From NCBI GenBank assembly GCA_019385495.1, contig GCA_019385495.1_4102.1: a DNA stretch of 64,000 bases; one strand, given 5' to 3'. Below are positions 28,878 to 38,741 of this stretch, piece by piece. Source of the DNA: a phage. A model generated the notes under the pieces. The model had not been told where the DNA came from. It was given only the letters and a program-made list of their open reading frames with translations, and searched no databases. How positions within the stretch are numbered: position 1 is the first letter of the stretch; each line of letters starts with the position of its first letter. Both the position numbers and the translations under genes were made by a program.

Positions 28878-29414
28878 ATGATGGTTTTAACATTATCAGT
28901 ACTCGGATCTATTGATGGTGAAGATAGTTCTCTTAGTGATTCTGTGATTGCATCATTCGGAACTAATAAAAACAGTTCTTTTATTATATCTGGATGGACT
29001 GGAATGACTGATTCTGAAAATAATGTTAAGATAAAAGCTAAAGCTACTAACGAGAATCATGAAACAGAATGGGTAACATTATATGATAGTGCAAGTAATA
29101 AGTTATATAATGTACTAAGTTCTAATAATATTTTAATTAATCCACTGTCGGGCAATGCTGTTTTTAATATTAATTTATCTGATAGAAATACTACTATTTC
29201 GATTGGTGCGGCTCCTACTGAAGTTTATTCAATTACCATCCTATTAACACAACAAACAGGTTCAAACCTAGTTAATTGGGGTTCTAATGTTAAATGGTCA
29301 TATAACAGACCAGTTGTTCTTTCTTATGAAATTGGTGAAAAAGATATTATTTCATTAGAAACATATGATAAAGGAGTTACATGGTACGGTGCATTAATTA
29401 GAGCAGGAGTATGA
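28878..29414 (+). CDS. hypothetical protein, possibly joined to a 42-aa upstream ORF
   Basis: 178 aa; upstream ORF (ATG about 28787, AAGGATT RBS) ends inside this ORF in another frame. Confidence 0.45.
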   Translation: MMVLTLSVLGSIDGEDSSLSDSVIASFGTNKNSSFIISGWTGMTDSENNVKIKAKATNENHETEWVTLYDSASNKLYNVLSSNNILINPLSGNAVFNINLSDRNTTISIGAAPTEVYSITILLTQQTGSNLVNWGSNVKWSYNRPVVLSYEIGEKDIISLETYDKGVTWYGALIRAGV

Positions 29415-29415
29415 T

Positions 29416-32205
29416 ATGTTAAACAATAATATTGATAATATTGTACAACTTCTTTATGGGCATCACAAATTTATTGAAAGAAATACTGGTGATACAATAG
29501 ACCCAACAGTACAACATTATGTGGTGAATAATCAGGGTGTTTTGGCGAACAACCGTCATTTTATTAACTATTCTGCAATGGAAGGTCAACCAAACGGTGA
29601 CGGGACAACAGAAGGTCAAAGTCTATTAATTTTAGGATACATTTATGCGTATCTGGCAACAAATGATCCAATGTTTTTAGATAAAGCCAAATGGTACTGG
29701 GATGCATATCATCAGTACTTTTATGCTGGGCGTGAATTACCAGACCCACCAACCCCACTGCAATGTAACTGGATAGTTAATGCCAAAGAACCGATTTTGG
29801 CTAACTGGCCTTTAGCTGATGATGGATGGCCTACACATGGTGGTTTCAAGGGTGTAGAATTTACATTTACAAATGGACAATGTAAAATACCACATGGTGC
29901 ACCTTATTATGGTCAGTTCTTGGATAAAGTAACATTTGCATTCAAAGGTGCTTTAGCATGGAACCAAATAAATGCGTCAGTAAAAGCTTTATTACCAGAT
30001 GGTAGTGTTGATTGGGATACACCAGGTGAACAATATGATGTTGACTGGATTATTGATTTCATGGGTAGAAAAATCGACTGGGATGGTAATATTTTAGCAG
30101 AAGGTTTTGACGAATCTGAAAAAGGAACTGTTCAATTAAAGAATACAACAATTAATGGTGTATATAAATTAAATTTTGCTAATCGTCAACCAGTAGAATA
30201 TGGTGGTGTGATAATTCAACGAAATGAAATGCAACACAACCGCCCTCTTCATGTTCCAATTGATTTGGAATTTGCTGATAACGCATCAGATGCAGAATTA
30301 TGGTTTAGTGATGCTTCTTATTTGTTATATAAAATAACAAAAGAAAGAAAACATTATTTGGGTTGGAAATGTTCACTACTAACGTGTTATGCTTATGGTG
30401 ATATTGACTCCAGAGATAAATTTTTCAGACAAAGTACAATTGTAACCACACCATTCACTGATGGTATTTCCTATGAATATTTTTATCCAAGTGATGCTAT
30501 TGCTAAGTTTGGTAGAAATTCTCTAGGATATATTACTATCAGGCAAGACCAAAGTGCACAAAGTACAATGGAACAACAAGCTATTTGGTTCAGGGTCAAT
30601 GCTGATTCTAAATTACTTGTAGACTATGGTGGTGTATGTGATGATGGTAAGCCGTTATCATTTAAACCAGTACTGGAATTGTCAAAAACAAAAAATGACC
30701 ATGATGTTGTTCGTTATCGTTGTGGCTTACCGGAAAGTAAAGACCAAAATATCACACATTCATTAACACCTTTAAGTGCATTTGTTAGAGAAAAGAAAGC
30801 AGATGGTTCCCCTTATATAATTGCTGATAGTAGAATTGTTGTTCCTTATGGTGCAGCTACGTCCGAAATGATATATAGTACTGATATATTAGTTACACGC
30901 CGCGATACCATTAATCAGTTAGTTTGTGGTGAAGATGATGGTGCTGTTATTGGATTTTGGCTATTAGCAACAAATAAGTCTGAAGTTAAATCTTTTACAT
31001 ATCGTTCATATGAAGATGATTACAATATAAGAATTGTAGATGATAATGGTTGGAGATGGTGGTGGATGATTCCTGCAACACACGGGGAATGGACTACAAT
31101 CACACTAAGTTCCGATACATTACGTTTATCTGGGTATCAGCCAAATCATCCAAGTTCTGACCCAAGACCAGATGCACCAGTTTATAGTGAACTAGAAGAT
31201 ATTACTATTTTACCTGATACAACCCCAGTAGATGGTGTTGCTGCAATAATTGATTGGTATTGTATTAATGACATTCCAGAATTATACACGGATGCTGACG
31301 GTGATGACTATACTATGACATTTTCAATAACAATTGCAGGTGAATCACCATATACTGCACAGTTAGGGGATTGTGTAATCAAGGATTATTTGTTAAACTC
31401 ATTGCATTACACACCAGGAACAATACCATTTTCTAACATCACTGACCCGTATGCGAACCAGTATTCAGGATGGCGTGGTTTACCGTATCCAGGTTATCAA
31501 TATCCTGTGATATATTGTTTTAAAGACCAGCCGGTAGATAACACACGCTTAGGAAACATGTTAAGCTTTATGAAAGATTCCCAAACATGGTTTACTCAAC
31601 AATTCGGTACTGTTGGTCCGTGTGCACAAGCATATGTTTGGAACCGCTGGGATAACTTAAAATATGGTGAACCAGATACATTTACTATGCTACATTGGGG
31701 TGATCAAGCATGGAGTGGGTATGAACCACGTGCGTTCTTTGGGGCTGCCAGAGCATGGCAAGAACTCGCAGAGAGAGGAATTGAACCACCAGCAGATCTT
31801 GTTGAATTTTGTGAGAATTGGATTCACTTTTTAATTCAATTTCAAAAAGATAATGATGGTCGTTCACCAACAATCTTCAATAAAGATGGCACAGTTGAAG
31901 GTCCAGATTGGGACTTTACAGGTCATATGTGTGGGTTGTGGTTAGCTGGGGCTTGTGCTGCTGGATTGGCTGGATGTAAAATAGAAGGTCTAACAACACT
32001 CGCTGATAACTTAGTTCTCGAACTTCAAAAGAATTATGTTATTGTAAATCCAGGTTCACCAATGAATGGTTCATGGAGTCCAGCAGTCAGAGAAGGTACT
32101 GATAATGGTATGTTTTTTGGTTTCTGGGCAGGTGAGATTATGCGTGGATTGGGATTATACTCAATGTACCGCTTAAACACACCAAATCGTTTCCGTGATT
32201 TATAA
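29416..32205 (+). CDS. large protein (929 aa), possible virion-associated glycan-degrading protein
   Basis: Follows fibre cluster; Trp/Tyr/Gly-rich C-terminal half; no motif firmly recognised. Confidence 0.5.
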   Translation: MLNNNIDNIVQLLYGHHKFIERNTGDTIDPTVQHYVVNNQGVLANNRHFINYSAMEGQPNGDGTTEGQSLLILGYIYAYLATNDPMFLDKAKWYWDAYHQYFYAGRELPDPPTPLQCNWIVNAKEPILANWPLADDGWPTHGGFKGVEFTFTNGQCKIPHGAPYYGQFLDKVTFAFKGALAWNQINASVKALLPDGSVDWDTPGEQYDVDWIIDFMGRKIDWDGNILAEGFDESEKGTVQLKNTTINGVYKLNFANRQPVEYGGVIIQRNEMQHNRPLHVPIDLEFADNASDAELWFSDASYLLYKITKERKHYLGWKCSLLTCYAYGDIDSRDKFFRQSTIVTTPFTDGISYEYFYPSDAIAKFGRNSLGYITIRQDQSAQSTMEQQAIWFRVNADSKLLVDYGGVCDDGKPLSFKPVLELSKTKNDHDVVRYRCGLPESKDQNITHSLTPLSAFVREKKADGSPYIIADSRIVVPYGAATSEMIYSTDILVTRRDTINQLVCGEDDGAVIGFWLLATNKSEVKSFTYRSYEDDYNIRIVDDNGWRWWWMIPATHGEWTTITLSSDTLRLSGYQPNHPSSDPRPDAPVYSELEDITILPDTTPVDGVAAIIDWYCINDIPELYTDADGDDYTMTFSITIAGESPYTAQLGDCVIKDYLLNSLHYTPGTIPFSNITDPYANQYSGWRGLPYPGYQYPVIYCFKDQPVDNTRLGNMLSFMKDSQTWFTQQFGTVGPCAQAYVWNRWDNLKYGEPDTFTMLHWGDQAWSGYEPRAFFGAARAWQELAERGIEPPADLVEFCENWIHFLIQFQKDNDGRSPTIFNKDGTVEGPDWDFTGHMCGLWLAGACAAGLAGCKIEGLTTLADNLVLELQKNYVIVNPGSPMNGSWSPAVREGTDNGMFFGFWAGEIMRGLGLYSMYRLNTPNRFRDL

Positions 32206-32206
32206 C

Positions 32207-32235
32207 TTGACATAGAAAAAGTAATTATGTATAAT
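32207..32235 (+). promoter_or_regulatory. sigma70-like promoter
   Basis: TTGACA-17 nt-TATAAT directly after the upstream stop, followed by a hairpin and T-run. Confidence 0.5.
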
Positions 32236-32279
32236 CAGAGAACTTCATATGGAGTTCTCTTTTTTTATAAGGTGATAAA

Positions 32280-32699
32280 ATGTTAAATGAACGTATTAAA
32301 AATGCACTACATGTATTGAACCAAGAAGTAAATTCTATTGATAAAAGTACTGACCGTTATAAAGTAATGCATGAAATCAAACAAGAATTGGAATCTATTA
32401 ATAAGGGAGAATGGTGGTATCTTCAGCCCGAATATCAAACTCGTGAATTAAACGATGTTGAAAAAGAAATTGTCAAATTCATCACTACTCGTTACTGTGA
32501 TACATCAGAGAATGAGGTATCAGCGAACTTCAATCTTACTAAATTGGAAGTCGAAGAAAAATTCAATTTTGATTGGCTTGATTGGATTGAAATGGTCATG
32601 GAACTAGAAGAAAAATTCAATGTTGAAGTTGATGAAAAGTTCGAGAATAATGAAACGAAGCTGTATGAACTAGTAGAACATATTCAAAAAATGTTGTAA
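32280..32699 (+). CDS. hypothetical acidic protein
   Basis: 139 aa; AAGGTGA RBS. Confidence 0.5.
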   Translation: MLNERIKNALHVLNQEVNSIDKSTDRYKVMHEIKQELESINKGEWWYLQPEYQTRELNDVEKEIVKFITTRYCDTSENEVSANFNLTKLEVEEKFNFDWLDWIEMVMELEEKFNVEVDEKFENNETKLYELVEHIQKML

Positions 32700-32752
32700 A
32701 ACTATACAATTGTATACTCTAAATAATATCATCAACTATAGGAGATATTATT

Positions 32753-33127
32753 ATGAGTATGTTAGAAATAATTGTTTCAAAAATTCTTATTCCATTTTGG
32801 AAACCAATTTCTTTTGTATTATTAATTGGCGGTTCAGCTTATGCTGGTTGGGAAGCTAATACTTATTACAGTGGATATCAACAAAGCATAGAGCAACAAA
32901 TAGCTAAAAAAGTTGATACCGCCTTGGATAAAATGCAACAAGAAAATGCAAAAAATTACCTTGAAACTAAAAAAATCATGGAAGATAATGCTAAAGTTAT
33001 TGAAACAAAAGTTCCTTTTATTGTAGAACGTGAAGTTTATAAGAATGTATGTTTAGATGAAGATGGTGTAAAAGTACTGAATGAACTAAAACAAAATTCT
33101 CAAGCTGCGAGGAATAAATTCAAATGA
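32753..33127 (+). CDS. putative i-spanin
   Basis: N-terminal TM helix then coiled-coil-like domain; directly precedes a lipoprotein gene. Confidence 0.55.
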   Translation: MSMLEIIVSKILIPFWKPISFVLLIGGSAYAGWEANTYYSGYQQSIEQQIAKKVDTALDKMQQENAKNYLETKKIMEDNAKVIETKVPFIVEREVYKNVCLDEDGVKVLNELKQNSQAARNKFK

Positions 33128-33432
33128 AAAAATTATTAGTTCCGTTTATTTCTTTTTTAATTATAAGTGGATGTGCAGAACAAGTAAAACTACAATCCCC
33201 TGCACCAATTAAACAAGAAATTCTGTTAGAAAGATGTGATGATGATACACCTCTACCACAAAAAATTATGATTGACAAAAATGGTTTTAAAGGTTATGAT
33301 GGTGCAGAAATTCTTAAAGTACTTACTCGTTGGGATGCAGTATACAACGAATGTGCTTTAAAACATGATGCATTAATTAAAACTATTCGTGATTTACAAG
33401 GTAAAGATATTAAAATCAATATCAAGGAATAA
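33124..33432 (+). CDS. putative o-spanin (lipoprotein)
   Basis: Signal peptide with lipobox LIISGC; ATGA overlap with the i-spanin gene. Confidence 0.6.
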   Translation: MKKLLVPFISFLIISGCAEQVKLQSPAPIKQEILLERCDDDTPLPQKIMIDKNGFKGYDGAEILKVLTRWDAVYNECALKHDALIKTIRDLQGKDIKINIKE

Positions 33433-33433
33433 A

Positions 33434-33904
33434 ATGAACAAATATCATGTTTACTATACGACCAAATTATCACTTCTTGACGAATTAAATCAACGAAGTA
33501 CTAAGATGAAACGCTACACTTTAAATGGTATTACTTTTCGATATTTCCCACAAAAAGTTCTTACATTTATTAAGAATCCAAAATGCGTGGCATGTGGGAT
33601 TGAAGCTACTGAAGTACGCATTGAACGTTCATTATGTTCTGATCCAGTATATGGTAAACCACATTTAAATGTATATGCTGTATGTGGTCTTTATGAAGTT
33701 TTAATGACAGTTGACCATAATCATCTGGCATCTAAGGGTGGACCTGATTTAGAGTCAAACTTTAATACTATGTGCTCCAGATGTAATCAACTACGTTCGA
33801 ATAAAACTGAAACAGTTGATGAGTTTCTTGAGAAAGTTAAAGGTCGTAATCTTCTCCAAGAACATATGAATAATTTCTTTAATGTACAAAAAAAAGAAAA
33901 ATAA
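33434..33904 (+). CDS. HNH endonuclease
   Basis: CVACG...DHNHLASKGGPDLESNFNTMCSRCN HNH/Zn motif; start at M16 of ORF 33389. Confidence 0.65.
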   Translation: MNKYHVYYTTKLSLLDELNQRSTKMKRYTLNGITFRYFPQKVLTFIKNPKCVACGIEATEVRIERSLCSDPVYGKPHLNVYAVCGLYEVLMTVDHNHLASKGGPDLESNFNTMCSRCNQLRSNKTETVDEFLEKVKGRNLLQEHMNNFFNVQKKEK

Positions 33905-34058
33905 CATTGACAAGTCGAAACTACTAGAAGAACGTAGGTTACGTCAAGAATTATGGGAAACTGATCATCTATGGCATGTTCGAGAGTTTGGTCGTCATAT
34001 GAAAGCTTTGAAAAAAGAACAGAAGAAATTGAATAAACATGATTGATATGATATTATA

Positions 34059-34088
34059 GGGACTTGAGTATTCAAGTCCTTTTTTTTT
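34059..34088 (+). terminator. intrinsic terminator
   Basis: GGGACTTGA-GTAT-TCAAGTCC then nine T. Confidence 0.5.
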
Positions 34089-34099
34089 GGAGAAAATAA

Positions 34100-34456
34100 A
34101 TGAAATCTAAAATCTTTTTACCACAATTAATGTGGCATCTAGCAGAGTTAGATGAAAATGATGAATATACTGACTATGGTGCATGGGATGACAGTACTGA
34201 AACTTTTAAACCAGATGTAAAATATAAAATCATCTGCAATGAAAGCAAAGGACACAAAAGGTGGACTGAAGAATTTGATCTCGTATTTCTTGACATGAGC
34301 ACAAATAAGTTTTATCATTGTAATTATGAACGAGGTTTAACAGAAGATAGACCAGTACAACCATTCAGTACTGAAACTGATGGTGTTAAGTGCAATGAAG
34401 TTTCTGTTACCAGAGAAGAAATTATCACTTATCGAACTTTGTGGAAATATTTGTAA
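34100..34456 (+). CDS. hypothetical protein
   Basis: 118 aa; GGAGAAAA RBS. Confidence 0.5.
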   Translation: MKSKIFLPQLMWHLAELDENDEYTDYGAWDDSTETFKPDVKYKIICNESKGHKRWTEEFDLVFLDMSTNKFYHCNYERGLTEDRPVQPFSTETDGVKCNEVSVTREEIITYRTLWKYL

Positions 34457-34457
34457 A

Positions 34458-34856
34458 ATGCTTAAAGAATTAGATTTTTCAAACTTAGAAATTATCAGTG
34501 CTGTAAAAAACATTTCCGATATGGGAGATGAGAAAGCAGTTCTTGTTACTATTACTTTTGTAAAAGAAAAAGATAGCTATAGCTATTTAACTGGCATTGA
34601 AGAACTAATTCATAAAACCAATCTTGAGAATGATGGTAAACTCATCAAGCTTCAGGCTTCCTATACGCAAAAAACGTCAAATTTTATAGACCTAAATAAT
34701 GTAGTCAAGGTGGTATACAATCATCCTGAACACACATATAGGAATACGACAAGAAATGAAAATGTTGCTAACGATTCGAATATTATCGAAGATGTTGAAT
34801 TCATAAACACAATTTTTGATCGTTGTTCTAAGGATTTAAAAAAAGTATACATGTAA
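34458..34856 (+). CDS. hypothetical protein
   Basis: Start at M27 of ORF 34380, one nt after the upstream stop. Confidence 0.45.
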   Translation: MLKELDFSNLEIISAVKNISDMGDEKAVLVTITFVKEKDSYSYLTGIEELIHKTNLENDGKLIKLQASYTQKTSNFIDLNNVVKVVYNHPEHTYRNTTRNENVANDSNIIEDVEFINTIFDRCSKDLKKVYM

Positions 34857-35162
34857 TGGGACATTATATGTTCCAATGATATAATGTATATAGAAAATGA
34901 CAACGGACATTGAAAAATGGACACTGAGAACCTACTTCTCTTGAAAATGTAAAGGATAGATGAGCTTTACCGTTGTAGCGAACAGCAGAAGAAACCTGTT
35001 AGAGTACTGGCATTCAAACAAACACGATGTAAGACCACGAATCACGGCGACACGGCTGTATAAAGAACTCCGATAAGCATACAGAGAGTTCCTAGATAGA
35101 TGTATAAGGTTCGCACCTTACCAGATTTGCTAAGGGAGTTTAAGAATAGCGGACGCAATTTT

Positions 35163-35191
35163 ACAAGAAAGTTGCGTCCAAAATTTGAGAA
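35163..35191 (+). repeat. direct repeat copy 1 (ACAAGAAAG-NNN-CGTCCAAAATTTGAGAA)
   Basis: 29-nt unit; conserved segment sits in a hairpin loop. Confidence 0.45.
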
Positions 35192-35315
35192 CAGGTACTT
35201 ACTTTGATCGAATAGAGTTAGTACTGAGTGCTGTTGATGAAAAGACCAGCGACCGTTGCATATGACTGCGATAGAGAGAAACCGAGCAACCCGCTTTCGC
35301 TCTCTAAATTTTGGT

Positions 35316-35344
35316 ACAAGAAAGATCCGTCCAAAATTTGAGAA
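35316..35344 (+). repeat. direct repeat copy 2
   Basis: Second copy about 150 nt downstream, also within a hairpin. Confidence 0.45.
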
Positions 35345-35382
35345 ATTCGCAATTCGATAATATCCGATGCCATCATCGTCAA

Positions 35383-35406
35383 GAGAGACTTAATTGTCTC
35401 TTTTTT
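35383..35406 (+). terminator. intrinsic terminator
   Basis: GAGAGAC-TTAATT-GTCTCTC then six T. Confidence 0.5.
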
Positions 35407-35546
35407 ATTACCTTCATTCCCCTGCGGGGGGATGTAATAGTCCTCAACAAATCCCGTCAAGTTTTTAAAGTACATTATCATTTTCAGAAGGAACAAGTTT
35501 ACGAAGTAAACGCAGTGACTTCTTGAGTTACGAGAGAACGAAGTGA

Positions 35547-35975
35547 ATGAGTAACACAACGAAAATATCCGATAAATCCGAATTAACACAAATGTTATTC
35601 AAAGAATATTTTGAGTTTCAGATAAAAGACGAACATCAATTACCACAGCAATATTTGAAAAGAATTAAAGATCCGTCAGTAATTACTAAAGAAACTAATT
35701 TTTATAATAGTATTTTGGATTTCGTTAAATCAGTTCATACAACAAGACCTATTGTAGTTTTGTTTTTTGATAAATCTATTCCTTTAGTAGTTCCTGAAAA
35801 TGTATTTTTTATTTCAGAAACTGATTTAAATAATCAAAGTACTGTAAGTAGATTAAGAAATTGCTTACTTGTAGTATGTGATTCTTCTTTGTATAATAAC
35901 AGAATACTATGGGATAGAAGTAAACGCAATGCAGTTTCTGAAATGAATCCTGAAATTACCTTTATTATTAACTAA
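35547..35975 (+). CDS. hypothetical protein
   Basis: 142 aa ORF. Confidence 0.5.
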   Translation: MSNTTKISDKSELTQMLFKEYFEFQIKDEHQLPQQYLKRIKDPSVITKETNFYNSILDFVKSVHTTRPIVVLFFDKSIPLVVPENVFFISETDLNNQSTVSRLRNCLLVVCDSSLYNNRILWDRSKRNAVSEMNPEITFIIN

Positions 35976-36007
35976 ATAATAAGAGAATAACTCTAAGGAG
36001 AGATATT

Positions 36008-36448
36008 ATGGAAGATATTAATGATTTACGACACGTAATGGACTTTATCGGAAGTACTGAAGAAGATAATTCGTATGATGAAGTACTATTAACTTTTATT
36101 GAAAATAGTTTGTTTTTAAGTTCTGCTGCACATAACTGGCACTTACAATGTCATTTTTATACAAAGCATTTACAATTAGATGAACTATATAAAGAATTAC
36201 CAGAATATGTAGACGCATTTGTTGAAGGTATTATGAATAATCGTGGTGCTTTGCAAGTTGGGACTGGTAATAGTTATCGTTTTACACCAATTGAAGATTG
36301 TGTACCAATTCTTGAAGAATATGTTGAGCAATGCAGAGCAATTCATGATATGCTTGAAGAATCGGGTGATTACGGCAGTGTAAACACATTAGAAGATATT
36401 ATGAGTTTTGTTGAAGGAACACTTTACAAACTTAAAGTTTTACAATAA
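36008..36448 (+). CDS. hypothetical protein, possibly ferritin/Dps-like
   Basis: AHNWHLQCHFYTKHLQLDELYKE loosely resembles Dps ferroxidase region; low confidence. Confidence 0.45.
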   Translation: MEDINDLRHVMDFIGSTEEDNSYDEVLLTFIENSLFLSSAAHNWHLQCHFYTKHLQLDELYKELPEYVDAFVEGIMNNRGALQVGTGNSYRFTPIEDCVPILEEYVEQCRAIHDMLEESGDYGSVNTLEDIMSFVEGTLYKLKVLQ

Positions 36449-36455
36449 ACTATAT

Positions 36456-36485
36456 GGAGAGTCGCTATGACTCTCCTTTTCTTTT
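36456..36485 (+). terminator. intrinsic terminator
   Basis: GGAGAGTC-GCTAT-GACTCTCC then T-run. Confidence 0.5.
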
Positions 36486-36496
36486 GGAGAAATAAT

Positions 36497-37114
36497 ATGA
36501 AATCGCATGAGTTAGCAAAATTACTACTATCTCAACCAAATCTAGAAATTTATCATTATGATGCAGAGAGTGACTTGCATTATCAGAATTTTGATAATAG
36601 ATTAATGGTTACACCATCTGGTATTTTCACAACGGTAAAACCTACATCAGTTTCTGAAAATGTACTTACACCATACGAAACCCCCCTCTTGGGTCATGTG
36701 CAAATTTTCTTTAAGGATGGTACTATTACTCCAAAATTGGAGGGTTCACATATTCAAACTGTTCTTAGCTTAGAATATGGGTTGGTATTTAACATTCCTT
36801 ATGAAAAGCCAATTGTTTTATTAGGTAAAAATAAATCAACACAATTCTCTAATCAACATGCTGTTTGTTATACATCTGATGATATTGATTTCATTTCAGT
36901 ACTGACAGAATATGATCCTAATACTTGGCATGAAACATGGGAAAATATGTCATATGATGAAGCAATTGAATGTGGTAAAAATTTAGCCAAAATGTTATTT
37001 CCACCGAAAAAAGAACTTTCACAAGAACAAAATGAATCATTTTCTAAAGATTTTCCTGATTCTGAATTCAATGTAAAAGTATCACCTTCTATGATTGATA
37101 AAATTGAAAAATAA
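36497..37114 (+). CDS. hypothetical protein (paralogue of 37850..38434)
   Basis: Start at M11 of ORF 36467 after GGAG; N-terminus similar to the ORF at 37850. Confidence 0.5.
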   Translation: MKSHELAKLLLSQPNLEIYHYDAESDLHYQNFDNRLMVTPSGIFTTVKPTSVSENVLTPYETPLLGHVQIFFKDGTITPKLEGSHIQTVLSLEYGLVFNIPYEKPIVLLGKNKSTQFSNQHAVCYTSDDIDFISVLTEYDPNTWHETWENMSYDEAIECGKNLAKMLFPPKKELSQEQNESFSKDFPDSEFNVKVSPSMIDKIEK

Positions 37115-37120
37115 AAGAGG

Positions 37121-37480
37121 TTGAACATGAGTGATTACCGCGTAACATCTGGACTAATGGCACGTCTTATTGAAGCAGTTCCTGAAGATGATTATGAAGC
37201 TATTTCAGATCGTCTTTTTGACGCAGATTCTAAACTCCATATTACATATGATGGTGCATTGATTTACAGTACTGATATTGATATGTCTAGTTATGAATTT
37301 GAGATTTCTTTTGGTAACAAACTAACTACTGAAGAATTCGCTCGAAAATGTGAGCGTGAAGGATTCTGTATTGATATTAGTTCAGTTCAGCCATATACAT
37401 CACTGTGGTATGATGGTGCTGATAGTCCAATGTCTACTACATCTTTACAGGATTTTCTAAATGCAAATCAAAAAGATTAA
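37121..37480 (+). CDS. hypothetical protein
   Basis: 119 aa ORF. Confidence 0.5.
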   Translation: MNMSDYRVTSGLMARLIEAVPEDDYEAISDRLFDADSKLHITYDGALIYSTDIDMSSYEFEISFGNKLTTEEFARKCEREGFCIDISSVQPYTSLWYDGADSPMSTTSLQDFLNANQKD

Positions 37481-37853
37481 ATTCCACCAGCATTGTTCTA
37501 TACATGAATGTGATGATTGTGGTATACAAATGAGTGATATTTATACAGTTTCCTGTAAAGGTTTCAAATTCACTCATGGTGAACCTGCTTACTGTTATGG
37601 CACAGAAGAAGGTGATATCGAGATAGTACTGAAAGAATTGTTCCAGTACTTGCAAAGTGTCGGTCATGATGTTACAATACCCACATATTATGAAGATGAT
37701 TATGATGTACATGTAGAAGAAAATACATATTATAATCAATTCGTTTATGGTAATGGTTTTATCACATACCTACATGAGAATGGTATTGAGGTAAAAACTA
37801 AGTACACCAGTGATGATTATGATGATGATAATTCTATGGAGATTGAAGATTGA
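37461..37853 (+). CDS. hypothetical protein
   Basis: 130 aa; start uncertain. Confidence 0.4.
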   Translation: MQIKKIKFHQHCSIHECDDCGIQMSDIYTVSCKGFKFTHGEPAYCYGTEEGDIEIVLKELFQYLQSVGHDVTIPTYYEDDYDVHVEENTYYNQFVYGNGFITYLHENGIEVKTKYTSDDYDDDNSMEIED

Positions 37854-38434
37854 AAGCAAAAGACTTGGCAGCACTGTTGATGCAGAATCCTGAAATGGAA
37901 GTGTATCATGAGCACATGCACATTGATGACATGTGTGACGCTTACTATTCACCAGAAAATGTGTCTGGTATTGAAATCACCCCTAGTGGAGTATTCATCA
38001 GTACTGAACGTATTGATTTGAATTCCCAGCAAGAAATCAAAACTCCACATAATAAACCTCGCATTGGTGCTATTGACCTAGTATTTCATCAGGACCGTTT
38101 GGTGGAATATGATGAAGACGATGGTACTACTCAAACTGATGTTGAGAATGTTGTTTTTCGTTTTTATAATGCATACGAAGACCCAACTACTGGAGAAGAT
38201 TTCTTCCGTGAGCTATTAGAGGATGGGGAAGTTTATGGTCAGGATGGTACGGTTTTTGTACTAGACCCTAACTATGAGCCAGATCACAATACATGGCAAT
38301 TCTATACACCAGAAGATGTAATGGAAGTTAAAGTACTTATCGATATTGACGATAAATGGAATCCTATGTATACTTCAATGACATATGAAGAAGCCAAAGA
38401 ATACTTCGTTTCTAAACTAAACATTACAAAATAA
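37850..38434 (+). CDS. hypothetical protein (paralogue of 36497..37114)
   Basis: ATGA overlap; shared N-terminal block. Confidence 0.5.
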   Translation: MKAKDLAALLMQNPEMEVYHEHMHIDDMCDAYYSPENVSGIEITPSGVFISTERIDLNSQQEIKTPHNKPRIGAIDLVFHQDRLVEYDEDDGTTQTDVENVVFRFYNAYEDPTTGEDFFRELLEDGEVYGQDGTVFVLDPNYEPDHNTWQFYTPEDVMEVKVLIDIDDKWNPMYTSMTYEEAKEYFVSKLNITK

Positions 38435-38451
38435 TAAGGATTCACAAATTT

Positions 38452-38733
38452 ATGAAAATTGTTGCAAGTGCATGGATGAAACTACCAGATGGTACAACTG
38501 CTTTTGAAGAATATGGCTTTGTTGAAAGTGTCGATGAATTAAAGCGTTTCAAGAGTGAAAATGATGATGATGTTTTTGATATTGTATTTGTATATCATCA
38601 TATTCCTAATGATACTGATTATGAACATTATTATTATCATCCTGATTTGTTGGAAACACTTGTATGCGACAACTATCATGAAATTGATGAAAATACAGCT
38701 TTACTAATGTTGAGTACCGTATCTCCGGTATAA
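38452..38733 (+). CDS. hypothetical protein
   Basis: 93 aa ORF. Confidence 0.45.
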   Translation: MKIVASAWMKLPDGTTAFEEYGFVESVDELKRFKSENDDDVFDIVFVYHHIPNDTDYEHYYYHPDLLETLVCDNYHEIDENTALLMLSTVSPV

Positions 38734-38741
38734 GGAGTAAT

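Larger units (their letters stand above)
34870..35406 (+). ncRNA. candidate structured non-coding RNA region
   Basis: About 0.6 kb with no plausible ORF, higher GC, several hairpins, ends at an intrinsic terminator. Confidence 0.3.

Noticed and set aside
35163-35344. CRISPR array
   Set aside because: Only two imperfect 29-nt repeats about 150 bp apart, with no regular spacing and no cas genes.
34857-35546. tRNA genes in the ORF-free region
   Set aside because: Only a weak T-arm-like segment (TAAGG-TTCGCAC-CCTTA, about 35105-35121) was found, with no matching acceptor stem or D/anticodon arms; a proper tRNA scan is still advisable.
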